This document shows, one piece after another, positions 16,115-25,885 of a DNA stretch of 62,423 bases; position 1 is the stretch's first letter; each line of letters starts with the position of its first letter. The notes below the pieces were generated by a model, which did no database searches, had not been told where the DNA came from, and worked only from the letters and a program-made list of their open reading frames with translations. Position numbers and translations under genes: made by a program. The stretch comes from Candidatus Amesbacteria bacterium RIFCSPLOWO2_01_FULL_48_25 (lineage in GTDB: Bacteria; Patescibacteriota; Microgenomatia; CAZETR01; Amesbacteraceae). The stretch is from contig MEXN01000004.1 in NCBI GenBank assembly GCA_001773695.1, positions 1 to 62,423 of the forward strand, in the 5' to 3' direction.

Positions 16115-18955
16115 TTAGCGGGCGGTGAGAAATTGGCCGGTGGGGCTACCTTTTACTTTTTTAAGTTCGTTGGGGGGGCAGGAGGCGATGAGATGGCCGC
16201 CGGACTCCCCTCCCCCAGGCCCAAGTTCAATCACCCAGTCGGAGTTTTTGATGACGTCTAGATTATGCTCGATGACGATGACTGTGTTTCCGGAATTAAC
16301 GAGACGACGCAACACTAAGAGAAGCTTTTCTAGATCGGCAAAATGCAGGCCGGTTGTAGGTTCGTCCAAAATGTACACAGTTTTCCCTGTCGATCGTTTG
16401 GATAGTTCGGTGGCTAATTTAACTCGCTGCGCTTCACCACCGGAGAGGGTGGGGGCTGGCTGTCCGAGGCGGATATACTCAAGCCCGACATCACTTAAAG
16501 TGGTGAGTTTATCTGAAACTTCCGGAATAGATGCGAAAAAATTTGATGCCTCTTCAACCGTCATGTTTAGGACTTCGGCGATATTTTGGCCTTTAAAATG
16601 AACTTCCAGGGTCTCTGAGTTGTAACGCATGCCGTGGCAAACTTCGCAGTTGACATAGACATCTGGTAAAAATTGCATTTCTATCTTGTTTTGGCCTTCG
16701 CCCTGACAGGCTTCGCATCTGCCACCCTTGACGTTGAAGGAAAACCGCCCAGGGTAGTATCCCCTGACGCGAGCTTCCGGTGTCATGGCGTATATCTCCC
16801 TGACGGGTGTAAATAAACCGGTGTATGTGGCTGGGTTTGACCTGGGAGTACGACCGATAGGTGATTGGTCGACCATAACGACACGATTTATGACATCGTG
16901 TAGAGCTGGAAAGCTGGAGAGCTGGAGAGTGGAAGATATGGAAATTGATTTGTAGGGTCCTGGTTTTTCTTTGTGATCAGGATTTAGCTCTTTAGCTAGG
17001 GCGTGATAGAGGGTGTCTATAAGCAGGGTGGATTTGCCCGATCCGGAAACGCCGGCAATGGAGATGAATTTGCCCAAAGTGAAAGTAACGGTGATGTTTT
17101 TGAGGTTGTGGTGCGAAGCGCCAGTGAGTTTCAATGATATGGTGTTAGTGGTCATTCGATAGCCATCGATAGTCATTATTTGATTTTTACCAGATAAATA
17201 TTTTCCGGTTAATGATTTGGGGTCGGACATGATATGAGCTGGCGTACCTTCTGAGATAACCAGACCTCCGTGCTCACCGGCGCCTGGGCCAAAATCTACC
17301 AGCCAGTCTGCCTGGCGCATTATGTCGCGGTCGTGCTCGACGACAATAACCGAATTGCCTAAATCCCGGAGACGTTTGAGAGTGTCAATGAGACGCTGGT
17401 TGTCCCGTTGATGCAGCCCGATGGATGGCTCGTCCAGAACGTATAGGACCCCGGATAAGCCGGAGCCGATTTGGGAAGCCAGTCGGATTCGTTGGGCCTC
17501 GCCGCCTGCTAGAGTGTTTGCTGTTCGATCAAGAGTTAGGTAATCCAGGCCGACTGAAATTAGAAAACCCAGCCGCTCCTTGATTTCTTTGAGAATGGGC
17601 TGAGATATTTTCGATTCACGGTCGTTTAAGTTGGTGAGATTAGTTAAAAAAATTAGAGAGTCGGTGATGGATAGGGAGGCTATGTCGACGATGGACTTTA
17701 GGGAGATAGTTATTCCCAACGCTTCTGGTTTAAGACGTTTGCCTTGGCAGCTGGGACAAATTTCCTTGCGCATGTATTTTTCAATCTCGGTTCTTATGTA
17801 TTCTGACTCAGTTTGCCTGTAGCGGCGTTCGAGGTTGGGGATAATGCCTTCGAAATCGTTTGTACCATAAAGAAGTGTGTTGATCTGTTGACTTGTTAAA
17901 TTATTGATTGGGATGCGGATGGGGACAAATTGGGCCACTTTTTTGGCGAACCAAGAATCATATGTGAAAGTATTGGCATATGGGAGAACACCTCCTTCAG
18001 AGATGGTCAAGTTCGGGTTTAATATTAGTGACTCTTCGATTTTGAGAAGCGTTCCCAAGCCGGTGCAGGTAGGACAAGCGCCGTGAGGGGAATTGAATGA
18101 GAAAATTCGGGGTTCGATTTCTCCAAGAGATATGTTGTCCACCGGGCAGGCGAATTTTTGAGAGAAAAGATGATCTTCAAAGATTTTTGGTTTAACTGGC
18201 AACTCAAATGATTTATCCAGTACTTTGGCCAAGATACATAAACCTTCTGATAGTTTGGCGGCTTTTTCGACCGAATCGAACAACCTAGTTCTAAGTTCTG
18301 GTTGCGAAGTCCTAAGAGTTTTTTTATCTATTATTAGTCGATCGACTACAACGTCAATCGAGTGCTTGTTGTTTTTGAGGATGAAAATGTCTTCGTCTAA
18401 CCCAACAATTTTTCCGTCGATTCTGACTTGGGAGAAACCTTTTTGGCGAAGTGACCCAAATAGCTCCGTAAATTCTCCTTTACGATCGCGGATAACGGGA
18501 GATAGAAGTAAGAACCTACAATTTTCAAATTCTTTAACTATCAAATTTACTATTTGCTCGACGGAGAGCTGGGCGATTTCCCGGCCGCAGACGGGACAAT
18601 GGGGGTGGCCGACGCGAGCAAATAACAGGCGGAGATAATCGTAGATTTCGGTTACGGTACCAACAGTAGATCTGGGATTGTGTGATGTAGATTTTTGATC
18701 GATGGATATGGCTGGGGATAGACCCTCGATGTGATCTACATCTGGCTTGTCCATGACGCCCAAGAATTGGCGAGCATAGGAGGAAAGCGATTCGACGTAG
18801 CGACGTTGACCCTCGGCATAAATCGTATCGAAAGCCAGGGAGCTTTTGCCAGAGCCAGATAATCCGGTGAAGACCACTAGGCGGTTTTTGGGAATGTCCA
18901 AGTCTATATTTTTGAGATTGTGTTCCCGGGCACCTCTGATTTTGATGAAGTCCAT
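16115..18955 (-). CDS. uvrA: Excinuclease ABC subunit A
   Basis: Two ABC ATPase modules (GLSGSGKSS, GVSGSGKST, LSGGEAQR), Zn fingers. Confidence 0.98.
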   Translation of the reverse strand: MDFIKIRGAREHNLKNIDLDIPKNRLVVFTGLSGSGKSSLAFDTIYAEGQRRYVESLSSYARQFLGVMDKPDVDHIEGLSPAISIDQKSTSHNPRSTVGTVTEIYDYLRLLFARVGHPHCPVCGREIAQLSVEQIVNLIVKEFENCRFLLLSPVIRDRKGEFTELFGSLRQKGFSQVRIDGKIVGLDEDIFILKNNKHSIDVVVDRLIIDKKTLRTSQPELRTRLFDSVEKAAKLSEGLCILAKVLDKSFELPVKPKIFEDHLFSQKFACPVDNISLGEIEPRIFSFNSPHGACPTCTGLGTLLKIEESLILNPNLTISEGGVLPYANTFTYDSWFAKKVAQFVPIRIPINNLTSQQINTLLYGTNDFEGIIPNLERRYRQTESEYIRTEIEKYMRKEICPSCQGKRLKPEALGITISLKSIVDIASLSITDSLIFLTNLTNLNDRESKISQPILKEIKERLGFLISVGLDYLTLDRTANTLAGGEAQRIRLASQIGSGLSGVLYVLDEPSIGLHQRDNQRLIDTLKRLRDLGNSVIVVEHDRDIMRQADWLVDFGPGAGEHGGLVISEGTPAHIMSDPKSLTGKYLSGKNQIMTIDGYRMTTNTISLKLTGASHHNLKNITVTFTLGKFISIAGVSGSGKSTLLIDTLYHALAKELNPDHKEKPGPYKSISISSTLQLSSFPALHDVINRVVMVDQSPIGRTPRSNPATYTGLFTPVREIYAMTPEARVRGYYPGRFSFNVKGGRCEACQGEGQNKIEMQFLPDVYVNCEVCHGMRYNSETLEVHFKGQNIAEVLNMTVEEASNFFASIPEVSDKLTTLSDVGLEYIRLGQPAPTLSGGEAQRVKLATELSKRSTGKTVYILDEPTTGLHFADLEKLLLVLRRLVNSGNTVIVIEHNLDVIKNSDWVIELGPGGGESGGHLIASCPPNELKKVKGSPTGQFLTAR
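16903..16933. repeat. Octamer tandem repeat (GAGCTGGA)n in frame inside uvrA
   Basis: GAGCTGGA AAGCTGGA GAGCTGGA GAGTGGA. Confidence 0.8.
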
Positions 18956-18963
18956 GACGAACT

Positions 18964-18992
18964 ATTGTAATGTCTTTTCGGGTTTTATTCAA
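18964..18992 (-). promoter_or_regulatory. uvrA promoter with candidate LexA direct repeat
   Basis: TTGAAT-N17-TACAAT on the minus strand; plus strand TTCGG-N6-TTCAA at 18977-18992. Confidence 0.6.
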
Positions 18993-18995
18993 TGG

Positions 18996-21017
18996 TTAGG
19001 CGGTTAGGCTTTGAATATCTTTTATCTTGTCTCGGATTTTGGCGGCGGTTTCGAAATCTAACTGTTTTGCAGACACATTCATTTGTTTGGTCATCAACTT
19101 TATGAGCATAGTTCGATCTGAAGGAACTAATTGGTTAACGCGAGAGACGTCGATATCTGACGTGTCTAATGCCCGGCCTTTGAGAATGTCCTGTGGGTTT
19201 AGTTTGATGGTCTCTGAGTCAACCTTGTCTACAATTCTTTCACGAACTGCTTTCACGATTGATTGGGGAGTAATTTTGTGTAGGTTATTGTATTCAATTT
19301 GGGCTTGACGACGCCTGGTAACCTCTGATATAGCATGGCGCATAGAATCCGTGATTTGATCTGCATACATGACTACTGCACCGTCTACGTGACGGGCGGC
19401 CCGACCCATGGTTTGGATGAGGGAGGTTCGGGAGCGCAAGAAACCTTCCTTGTCAGCGTCCAGGATGGCAACAAGTGAGACCTCCGGTAAGTCTAGACCT
19501 TCCCGCAATAGGTTAATCCCCACGACCACGTCGTAAGCGCCGGTTCGCAGATCGGCAAGTATGTCCAGTCGTTCTAAAGTTTCCACGTCTGAATGCAGGT
19601 ATTGGACTTTGATATTTTTTTCTTTTAAATACTCGGTTAAATCCTCTGCCATACGCTTGGTAAGAGTAGTAACTAAAACACGCTGATGCTTGGAGACTAG
19701 CTTCTGGATCCTAGATATTAGATCTTGGATTTGGTCTTTGGTGGGAAGAACAAGAACTTGGGGGTCGACGAGGCCGGTGGGCCGGATAAGCTGCTCGACT
19801 ATGCGACCTTGAGATTGACTGATCTCCCAATCGTTGGGTGTAGCTGAGACGTAGATCGTTTGGCCCATACGACGCATGAATTCGTCGAAGCGCAGTGGCC
19901 GATTGTCAAGGGCGGCAGGGAGACGGAATCCGTAGTCGATAAGGGTTTTTTTGCGGGATTGGTCGCCATGGTACATACCACGAATTTGAGGAACGGTCAT
20001 GTGAGATTCGTCAATTATCAATAAGTAGTCAGAAGTTGTGAAATAGTCTAGTAGAGAGTACGGAGGGTCTCCAACTTTTCGCCCGTCAAAGTATCTCGAG
20101 TAATTTTCGATGCCATTTACGTAGCCGAGTTCACGAATCATTTCCAAATCGTAGGTGACTCGTTGACGCAGGCGGTGAGCTTCGAGAGGTTTGTCGTTTT
20201 TTTGGAGATAGTTGACTTGGAGTTCGAGGTCGTTTCCAATTTGATTGAACACTTGAGGCAAATTGTCTTTAGGGGCGATATAGTGCTTGGCAGGATATAT
20301 GACGAGTTTGTCAGTTTGCCAGTTTATCAGTTCGCCAGTTAGAGGATTTAGCTTTTCTAACTTAATAATCTTATCTAATTGATGTGTTATTCTGATACAG
20401 ATGTCCTCATAGGCAGGATAAATATCGATGACATCACCCCTGACTCGATAGGTGCCGCGATGAAAGTCGTAATCAGACCGGGTGTACTGGAGGTCATTTA
20501 GCCGCATGGTGACCTGGGGACGGGTAACCTTGAGCCTCGGAGCTAGTTCAAGAATAGATTTACCGTATTCGGCCGGTGAGCCTAGATTGTAAATGCAAGA
20601 TACGGAGGAGATAACGATCGTGTCTTTGCGGGTCAGTAAGTTGGTGGTGGTGGCCAGGCGAAGCTTATCAATTTCGGCGTTTATATTTGTTTCTTTTTCA
20701 ATGTATGTGTCTGTTTGGGGAATATAGGCTTCGGGTTGATAGTAGTCATAGTAGGACACGAAGTAGGACACGGCATTCTCGGAAAAATACTCTTTGAATT
20801 CTTGATATAACTGCGCTGCTAAGGTTTTGTTGTGGGAGATGATTAATGTGGGTTTTTGGACGGCTTGGATAACATTTGCAACAGTGAAAGTTTTACCGCT
20901 GCCAGTTACACCCAGGAGGACCTGATGCCTTTGGTCCTTGTTTAGACCCTGAACAAGATTGGCAATAGCCTGAGGTTGGTCACCGGTTGGTTTGTAGGGG
21001 GAATGAAGTTTAAACAT
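18996..21017 (-). CDS. uvrB: Excinuclease ABC subunit B
   Basis: GVTGSGKT, YYDYYQPEAY beta-hairpin, DESH, C-terminal UVR domain. Confidence 0.98.
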   Translation of the reverse strand: MFKLHSPYKPTGDQPQAIANLVQGLNKDQRHQVLLGVTGSGKTFTVANVIQAVQKPTLIISHNKTLAAQLYQEFKEYFSENAVSYFVSYYDYYQPEAYIPQTDTYIEKETNINAEIDKLRLATTTNLLTRKDTIVISSVSCIYNLGSPAEYGKSILELAPRLKVTRPQVTMRLNDLQYTRSDYDFHRGTYRVRGDVIDIYPAYEDICIRITHQLDKIIKLEKLNPLTGELINWQTDKLVIYPAKHYIAPKDNLPQVFNQIGNDLELQVNYLQKNDKPLEAHRLRQRVTYDLEMIRELGYVNGIENYSRYFDGRKVGDPPYSLLDYFTTSDYLLIIDESHMTVPQIRGMYHGDQSRKKTLIDYGFRLPAALDNRPLRFDEFMRRMGQTIYVSATPNDWEISQSQGRIVEQLIRPTGLVDPQVLVLPTKDQIQDLISRIQKLVSKHQRVLVTTLTKRMAEDLTEYLKEKNIKVQYLHSDVETLERLDILADLRTGAYDVVVGINLLREGLDLPEVSLVAILDADKEGFLRSRTSLIQTMGRAARHVDGAVVMYADQITDSMRHAISEVTRRRQAQIEYNNLHKITPQSIVKAVRERIVDKVDSETIKLNPQDILKGRALDTSDIDVSRVNQLVPSDRTMLIKLMTKQMNVSAKQLDFETAAKIRDKIKDIQSLTA
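20305..20340. repeat. Octamer tandem repeat in frame inside uvrB
   Basis: AGTTTGTC AGTTTGCC AGTTTATC AGTTCGCC AGTT. Confidence 0.8.
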
Positions 21018-21018
21018 A

Positions 21019-21047
21019 TTGACATTTGGTATTTATTCGGTTAGATT
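21019..21047 (+). promoter_or_regulatory. lexA promoter with candidate LexA direct repeat
   Basis: TTGACA-N17-TAGATT, 6 nt before the ATG; spacer contains TTTGG-N6-TTCGG (21025-21040). Confidence 0.7.
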
Positions 21048-21053
21048 ATATTC

Positions 21054-21689
21054 ATGCCGGTAACCTTGTACAACAGGCAAAGACAGATACTTGATTTTAT
21101 AGCCCAGTACATCCAGACTTACGGCTACTCCCCCACTCTGTCGGAAATAGCAAAAGCTTTGGGTGTGTCTAGCTTGGCAACAGTTCATGAGCATCTGGAG
21201 GCGATGGAGAAAAAGGCGGTTATAAAGAGATACGATGGTTCGGTAAGAGGGATTGAGATTTTAGATAAAAACGCGGCCCGGAGAACCGATAGTGTAGCGG
21301 CAGTGGAATTACCGGTCTTGGGTTATATTGCTGCGGGGCGGCCAATTGAACCCTATACGGATCCGAACGCCAGCTTTGCGGTGCCGCCATCGATGGTGTC
21401 TTCTAAAAAGAGGTGTTTCGTACTACAAGTAAAGGGTGATTCGATGATAGAGGCGGGAATATACGATCAGGATTACGTGGTAGTGGAGCAGGTGGAGACG
21501 GCCAATAGCGGGGATGTGGTGGTGGCCTTACTCGATAATGGATTTGCCACTTTAAAGCGTTATTTCAAAGAAGCCACACGGGTTCGCCTGGAACCGGCCA
21601 ATTCTGCCATGTCACCGATTTTTGTAACTAAAGTCCGTATCCAGGGCAGAGTGGTGGGGGTAGTTAGGAAGTTTGGATACGCGAATTAA
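21054..21689 (+). CDS. lexA: LexA repressor
   Basis: wHTH N-terminus, AG cleavage site (IAAG), GDSM Ser and TLKR Lys. Confidence 0.95.
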   Translation: MPVTLYNRQRQILDFIAQYIQTYGYSPTLSEIAKALGVSSLATVHEHLEAMEKKAVIKRYDGSVRGIEILDKNAARRTDSVAAVELPVLGYIAAGRPIEPYTDPNASFAVPPSMVSSKKRCFVLQVKGDSMIEAGIYDQDYVVVEQVETANSGDVVVALLDNGFATLKRYFKEATRVRLEPANSAMSPIFVTKVRIQGRVVGVVRKFGYAN

Positions 21690-22309
21690 AGACCCTTTTG
21701 CAAGATGCTTTGGTCTTTTATGTAGGCTTTTTCTTTGAGGTAGTGGTATATGCCGGGGGCAACGGAGGCCAAGATTATAACTATAGTTATGGGTAGGAGA
21801 TATTTGTCCACATCAGGGATGAGGCTGCCTAGAAGATAGCCTAAAGTGGGGATACCCAATGACCAGAGAGCGCCGCCAACCAGATTGTAGGTAACGAAGG
21901 TCTTGTAGTCCATATTGGCTGCGCCGGCGACAATGGGGGCAAAAGTGCGGATAAAGGGCATGAACCGGGCGAGAATTATGGTTTGGGGACCGTGCTTTTG
22001 GTAAAAGGCTTGGGCTTTATCTAAATGATCTTTTTTGAAAAATTTGGAATCGGGTCGAGAAAAGATTTTGGGTCCAACTTTGTTGCCAAAAGTGTAGCCG
22101 ACGTTGTCTCCTAAAACCGCGGCAATAAAACTGCCTATTAACAAACCGACGAAGTTGAGATAACCCTGTGATGCAAGGAAGCCAGCTGTGAAGAGTAAAC
22201 TGTCTCCGGGGAGGAAAAAACCGAAAAACAATCCGGATTCGGCAAAAACTATACCCCAAACTCCGAAAAGTCCTACGGTTTTTATTAGTTCGATTAGATT
22301 GAAGTGCAT
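21686..22309 (-). CDS. DedA (VTT-domain) membrane protein
   Basis: FAESGLFFGFFLPGDSLL, ARFMPFIRTFAP. Confidence 0.93.
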   Translation of the reverse strand: MHFNLIELIKTVGLFGVWGIVFAESGLFFGFFLPGDSLLFTAGFLASQGYLNFVGLLIGSFIAAVLGDNVGYTFGNKVGPKIFSRPDSKFFKKDHLDKAQAFYQKHGPQTIILARFMPFIRTFAPIVAGAANMDYKTFVTYNLVGGALWSLGIPTLGYLLGSLIPDVDKYLLPITIVIILASVAPGIYHYLKEKAYIKDQSILQKGL

Positions 22310-22327
22310 TAGAGGTATAATTTACGA

Positions 22328-23068
22328 ATGGGAGTATTGTACATTGTGGCGACGCCTATTGGCAATCTGGAAGATATTACTATTCGAGCCATAAAAACTT
22401 TGTTATCGGTGTCAGTGATTGCGTGCGAAGATACACGCCACACGGGAATATTGATAAATTTATTAAAAGAGAGGTATGGTGATATCAAAGGGATTCTTCC
22501 TGACGCTGCCGCGCAGGGTCCTTTGATATCCCTCACAGACAAGAAAAAATTCTTGTCTGTTCGGGATTGGAATGAGGCCAAAGTTGTTGATTTGATAACT
22601 GGTGAATTGGTGAATCGGGATGTGGCGCTGGTTTCGGATGCGGGGACGCCCTTGATATCGGATCCGGGATTTAAGGTGGTACGAGCAGCAAGGGAAGCCG
22701 GTTTTAATGTATCCCCTATTCCGGGGTCAAGTGCGGTGACGGCGGCTTTGTCTGCATCGGGGTTGCCTACAAATAAATTTATATTTCTAGGATTTTTAGG
22801 AAAAAGGTGGGAATTACTGCCAGGATATACCCATGTGATATACGAAAGTCCAGTAAGACTCGGTAAGACGATCGAGGCTATAAGGTCAAAATGGCCGAGT
22901 GCAGAAATAGTGGTGGCGAGGGAGATGACAAAGATACATGAACGTATAACGTATGACGTATCAGGTATAAAGGAAAATTTGAAGGGTGAGGTGACGCTAC
23001 TGGTTTATGTTCGGGATGTCGGAGAGAAGGTTGCGGCCGATCATAGAGACCGGAGTGGGGATTTGTAG
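22328..23068 (+). CDS. rsmI: 16S rRNA C1402 2'-O-methyltransferase
   Basis: LYIVATPIGNLEDIT, CEDTR, LVSDAGTPLISDPG, YESP, RE.TKIHE. Confidence 0.93.
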   Translation: MGVLYIVATPIGNLEDITIRAIKTLLSVSVIACEDTRHTGILINLLKERYGDIKGILPDAAAQGPLISLTDKKKFLSVRDWNEAKVVDLITGELVNRDVALVSDAGTPLISDPGFKVVRAAREAGFNVSPIPGSSAVTAALSASGLPTNKFIFLGFLGKRWELLPGYTHVIYESPVRLGKTIEAIRSKWPSAEIVVAREMTKIHERITYDVSGIKENLKGEVTLLVYVRDVGEKVAADHRDRSGDL

Positions 23069-24655
23069 AAGTGATAAGACGGTCGGAGCGACGTCGGCAA
23101 GTATGCCCTGAGGAACTTGGTGAGCAATGCGAAAGTTAAGGCCCGCGATGATAAGAGGCACGGGGTTGGCGTTGTGTTCGGTATCGGAACTTTGGGTGGT
23201 GGGGTTGATCATTTCCTCGGCGTTGCCGTGATCGGCGGTGATGACTAGTACTCCCCCGCTCGGGATAATTGTATTGGCAAGCTCGCCAATACAATTATCT
23301 ACAAGTTCGCAGGCAGAAATCGTGGCCTTGATGTTGCCGGTGTGAGCGACCATATCTGGATTGGCAAAATTTACGACGATGAAGTCGTATTGGCCGGTTG
23401 CGACCTCGGAAATTAATTTGGCAGTTATTTCACGGGCGGACATTTCAGGCTTTTTGTCATATGTGGGTACTTTGGGAGAGGGAATAATGGAGTGTTCTTC
23501 TCCAGGAAAGGGGTCTTCGCGTAAGCCGTTGAAATAATAGGTGACGAACCGTTCTTTTTCGCTCTCGGCAACATGGAGCTGGCGTAGATTATTGTCGGAG
23601 ATGACCCTCGCCAATGGATTGTCAACGGGTTGTGGGGGAAAGGCAGTGTGGACCGGTAGGTTTTTTTCGTACTCGGTCATGGTAACAAAGTACAAGTCGG
23701 AGATGGCGTTGCCTCTGTCGAATGGCTTTTGTTTAGCTAGATGTTTGCTGTCCAGTTCGTGTTTTTGATAGTATTTGACGGTGTAGGGATCGAAGGCGGC
23801 AAAGTTAGCCGATTTTTCGAAGTCTGGCAGTACGAAAGATTTAGTGAGCTGGCGGGGGCGATCAATGCGGAAATTGGAAAAAACAACTGCGTCGTGATCG
23901 CGAATTAATGTTACCGGCTGGTTTTGGGAGTTGGTGATGACAGTGGGAGAGATAAATTCATCTGTCTCTTTGGCTGCATAGGCCATGCTGATGGCCTCTT
24001 TGATGTTGGGAGCTGTTTTGCCCCGGCCGGCAGTTAAACAGAAATAGGCTTTACTGGTGCGGTCCCAGCGGAAATCTCGGTCCATGGCGTAGTAACGGCC
24101 CATGACGGAGGCGATTTGACCGATACCTTCGCGGGCGATAACTGTTTGTATCTGTTGGATGTAGGTCATAGATGCGGTGGGAGGTGAATCCCGGCCGTCG
24201 GTAAAAATATGAATAAACACTCCCGGGACACTTTGTTCGTGAAAGAGGCGCAGTAGCGCGAAGAGGTGTGAGAGGTCCGAGTGGACACCACCTCCTCCGA
24301 CCAAACCCATGATGTGAAGCGATGACTTGTTTTTTTTAGCGTGGTTGGCAGCGGCTAGAAGATTTGGGTTTTGGAAAAATGTGCCATCGGCTATAGAAAT
24401 ATTGATCCGGGGTAAATCCTGGTACACGATACGTCCGGCGCCCAGGTTTAAGTGTCCGGTTTCAGTGTTGCCGGGTTCACGCTTGGGAAGACCGACCGAT
24501 TCTCCGTGGGCGATGAGCTGGGTGCGGACATAACTCGCCCAAAGCGCCTGCATGTTGGGTGTTTTGGCTTGAGTGATGGCATTTCCCGGGCCGGCAGGGG
24601 CAATCCCCCATCCATCGATGATGGTGAGAATTACTGGTTTAGGGTGATTCGGCAT
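22997..24655 (-). CDS. gpmI: 2,3-bisphosphoglycerate-independent phosphoglycerate mutase
   Basis: IIDGWG, GN(T)ETGH, NFRIDR, AESEK, NPDMVAHTG, TADHGNAE; ATG 24655 preferred. Confidence 0.95.
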   Translation of the reverse strand: MPNHPKPVILTIIDGWGIAPAGPGNAITQAKTPNMQALWASYVRTQLIAHGESVGLPKREPGNTETGHLNLGAGRIVYQDLPRINISIADGTFFQNPNLLAAANHAKKNKSSLHIMGLVGGGGVHSDLSHLFALLRLFHEQSVPGVFIHIFTDGRDSPPTASMTYIQQIQTVIAREGIGQIASVMGRYYAMDRDFRWDRTSKAYFCLTAGRGKTAPNIKEAISMAYAAKETDEFISPTVITNSQNQPVTLIRDHDAVVFSNFRIDRPRQLTKSFVLPDFEKSANFAAFDPYTVKYYQKHELDSKHLAKQKPFDRGNAISDLYFVTMTEYEKNLPVHTAFPPQPVDNPLARVISDNNLRQLHVAESEKERFVTYYFNGLREDPFPGEEHSIIPSPKVPTYDKKPEMSAREITAKLISEVATGQYDFIVVNFANPDMVAHTGNIKATISACELVDNCIGELANTIIPSGGVLVITADHGNAEEMINPTTQSSDTEHNANPVPLIIAGLNFRIAHQVPQGILADVAPTVLSLLQIPTPVSMIGRNLLSDIPNINQ

Positions 24656-24676
24656 ACGTGATATTATCAAGTAGAG

Positions 24677-25885
24677 ATGAGTGCAATTGCAAGCATTGAT
24701 GCCAGGGAAATATTAGATTCAAAGGGAGACCTAACGGTGGAAGTGGAATTGAAATTGGCTGACGGGTCGGCGGGTGTGGACTCTGTACCGTCTGGAGCGT
24801 CTGTGGGAAAGGCTGAGGCCATTACACAGAATACCCAACAAGCTGTAGAAAATGTTAGGAGTGAAATCTGTAAAAACTTGTTGGGGAAAGAATTTTGGGA
24901 CCAGCGTGAGTTGGACGATTTACTTATTAAACTTGATGGAACTGAAAATAAATCGCGATTGGGAGTGAATGCGGTTTTGCCAGTTTCTATGGCGTTTGCG
25001 AGGGCTACGGCGGTGTCTTTGAAACTGAAATTGTATCAATATATAGGAAAATTGGCTGATATTTCTGAGTTTAAGCTGCCGCGGCCAACGGTACTTGTGA
25101 TGGAGGGAGGAAGACATGGGAATTGGGCGACTGATATTCAGGAGCTGATGGTGATCCCCGTGAGCGGGGTTTTTGATTCATTTGCCCGGGAGCTGGAGGC
25201 TTGCTTGGGTGTGTTTCGAACTTTGGAAAAAATACTTTCGGAAAAAGGCTGGTCGACGGGGGTAGGATTTGAAGGGGGATATTGCCCGGCGGAACTGGTG
25301 TCCAATGACGAGGCCCTGGCATTGGTTACACAAGCTGCGGGGAACCAATTTGTGCTGGGAATAGATGTGGCAGCGTCAGAATTTTTTAAGTCAGGGAAGT
25401 ATGTGCTAAAGAGTGAGAACAACCGATCGCTCTCGCCTGCAGCCTGGGCTGATGAGCTTGTGAAGTGGTCTCAGGAATTTCCTATTTGGTCAATAGAGGA
25501 TCCGTTCGATCAGGAAGAGTGGAACAGCTGGTCCGATTTTGTGAAAAAGGTAGGAGGCAAGCAGCAGATAGTGGGGGATGACTTGGTAGTGACAAATGTG
25601 GAGAGAATAAAAAAAGCTGTAAGTGTGTCCGCGATTAATGCGGTACTTATTAAATTGAACCAGATAGGAACTGTAACCGAAACTTTGGAGGCTGTAAAAT
25701 TAGCCCATCAGGCTGAGATGAAAACGATCGTGTCGCATCGGGCGGGAGAGACGAATGATGATTTCGTGGCGGATTTTGCCGTGGGGACCGGTTCACAAAT
25801 GTGTAAATTTGGCGGTCTGGACCGTGGGGAAAGACTGGCTAAGTACAACAGGCTGTTGGGGATTGAGGGAGAGTTATTTGGGTGA
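24677..25885 (+). CDS. eno: Enolase paralog 1 (divergent)
   Basis: VPSGAS, DIQE, EGGY, DVAASEF, IEDP, GDDL, LIKLNQIG, SHRAGET, AKYNRLL. Confidence 0.88.
   Translation: MSAIASIDAREILDSKGDLTVEVELKLADGSAGVDSVPSGASVGKAEAITQNTQQAVENVRSEICKNLLGKEFWDQRELDDLLIKLDGTENKSRLGVNAVLPVSMAFARATAVSLKLKLYQYIGKLADISEFKLPRPTVLVMEGGRHGNWATDIQELMVIPVSGVFDSFARELEACLGVFRTLEKILSEKGWSTGVGFEGGYCPAELVSNDEALALVTQAAGNQFVLGIDVAASEFFKSGKYVLKSENNRSLSPAAWADELVKWSQEFPIWSIEDPFDQEEWNSWSDFVKKVGGKQQIVGDDLVVTNVERIKKAVSVSAINAVLIKLNQIGTVTETLEAVKLAHQAEMKTIVSHRAGETNDDFVADFAVGTGSQMCKFGGLDRGERLAKYNRLLGIEGELFG

Noticed and set aside
16125-16601. Long antisense ORFs opposite uvrA (and similar ones opposite dnaE, clpB, ppsA, gpmI)
   Set aside because: Shadow frames of well-conserved genes, with no motifs or start signals of their own.
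24661-24687. CIRCE half-site GAGTGCAAT at the start of enolase 1
   Set aside because: No matching left half at N9, and it lies within the first codons; probably chance.
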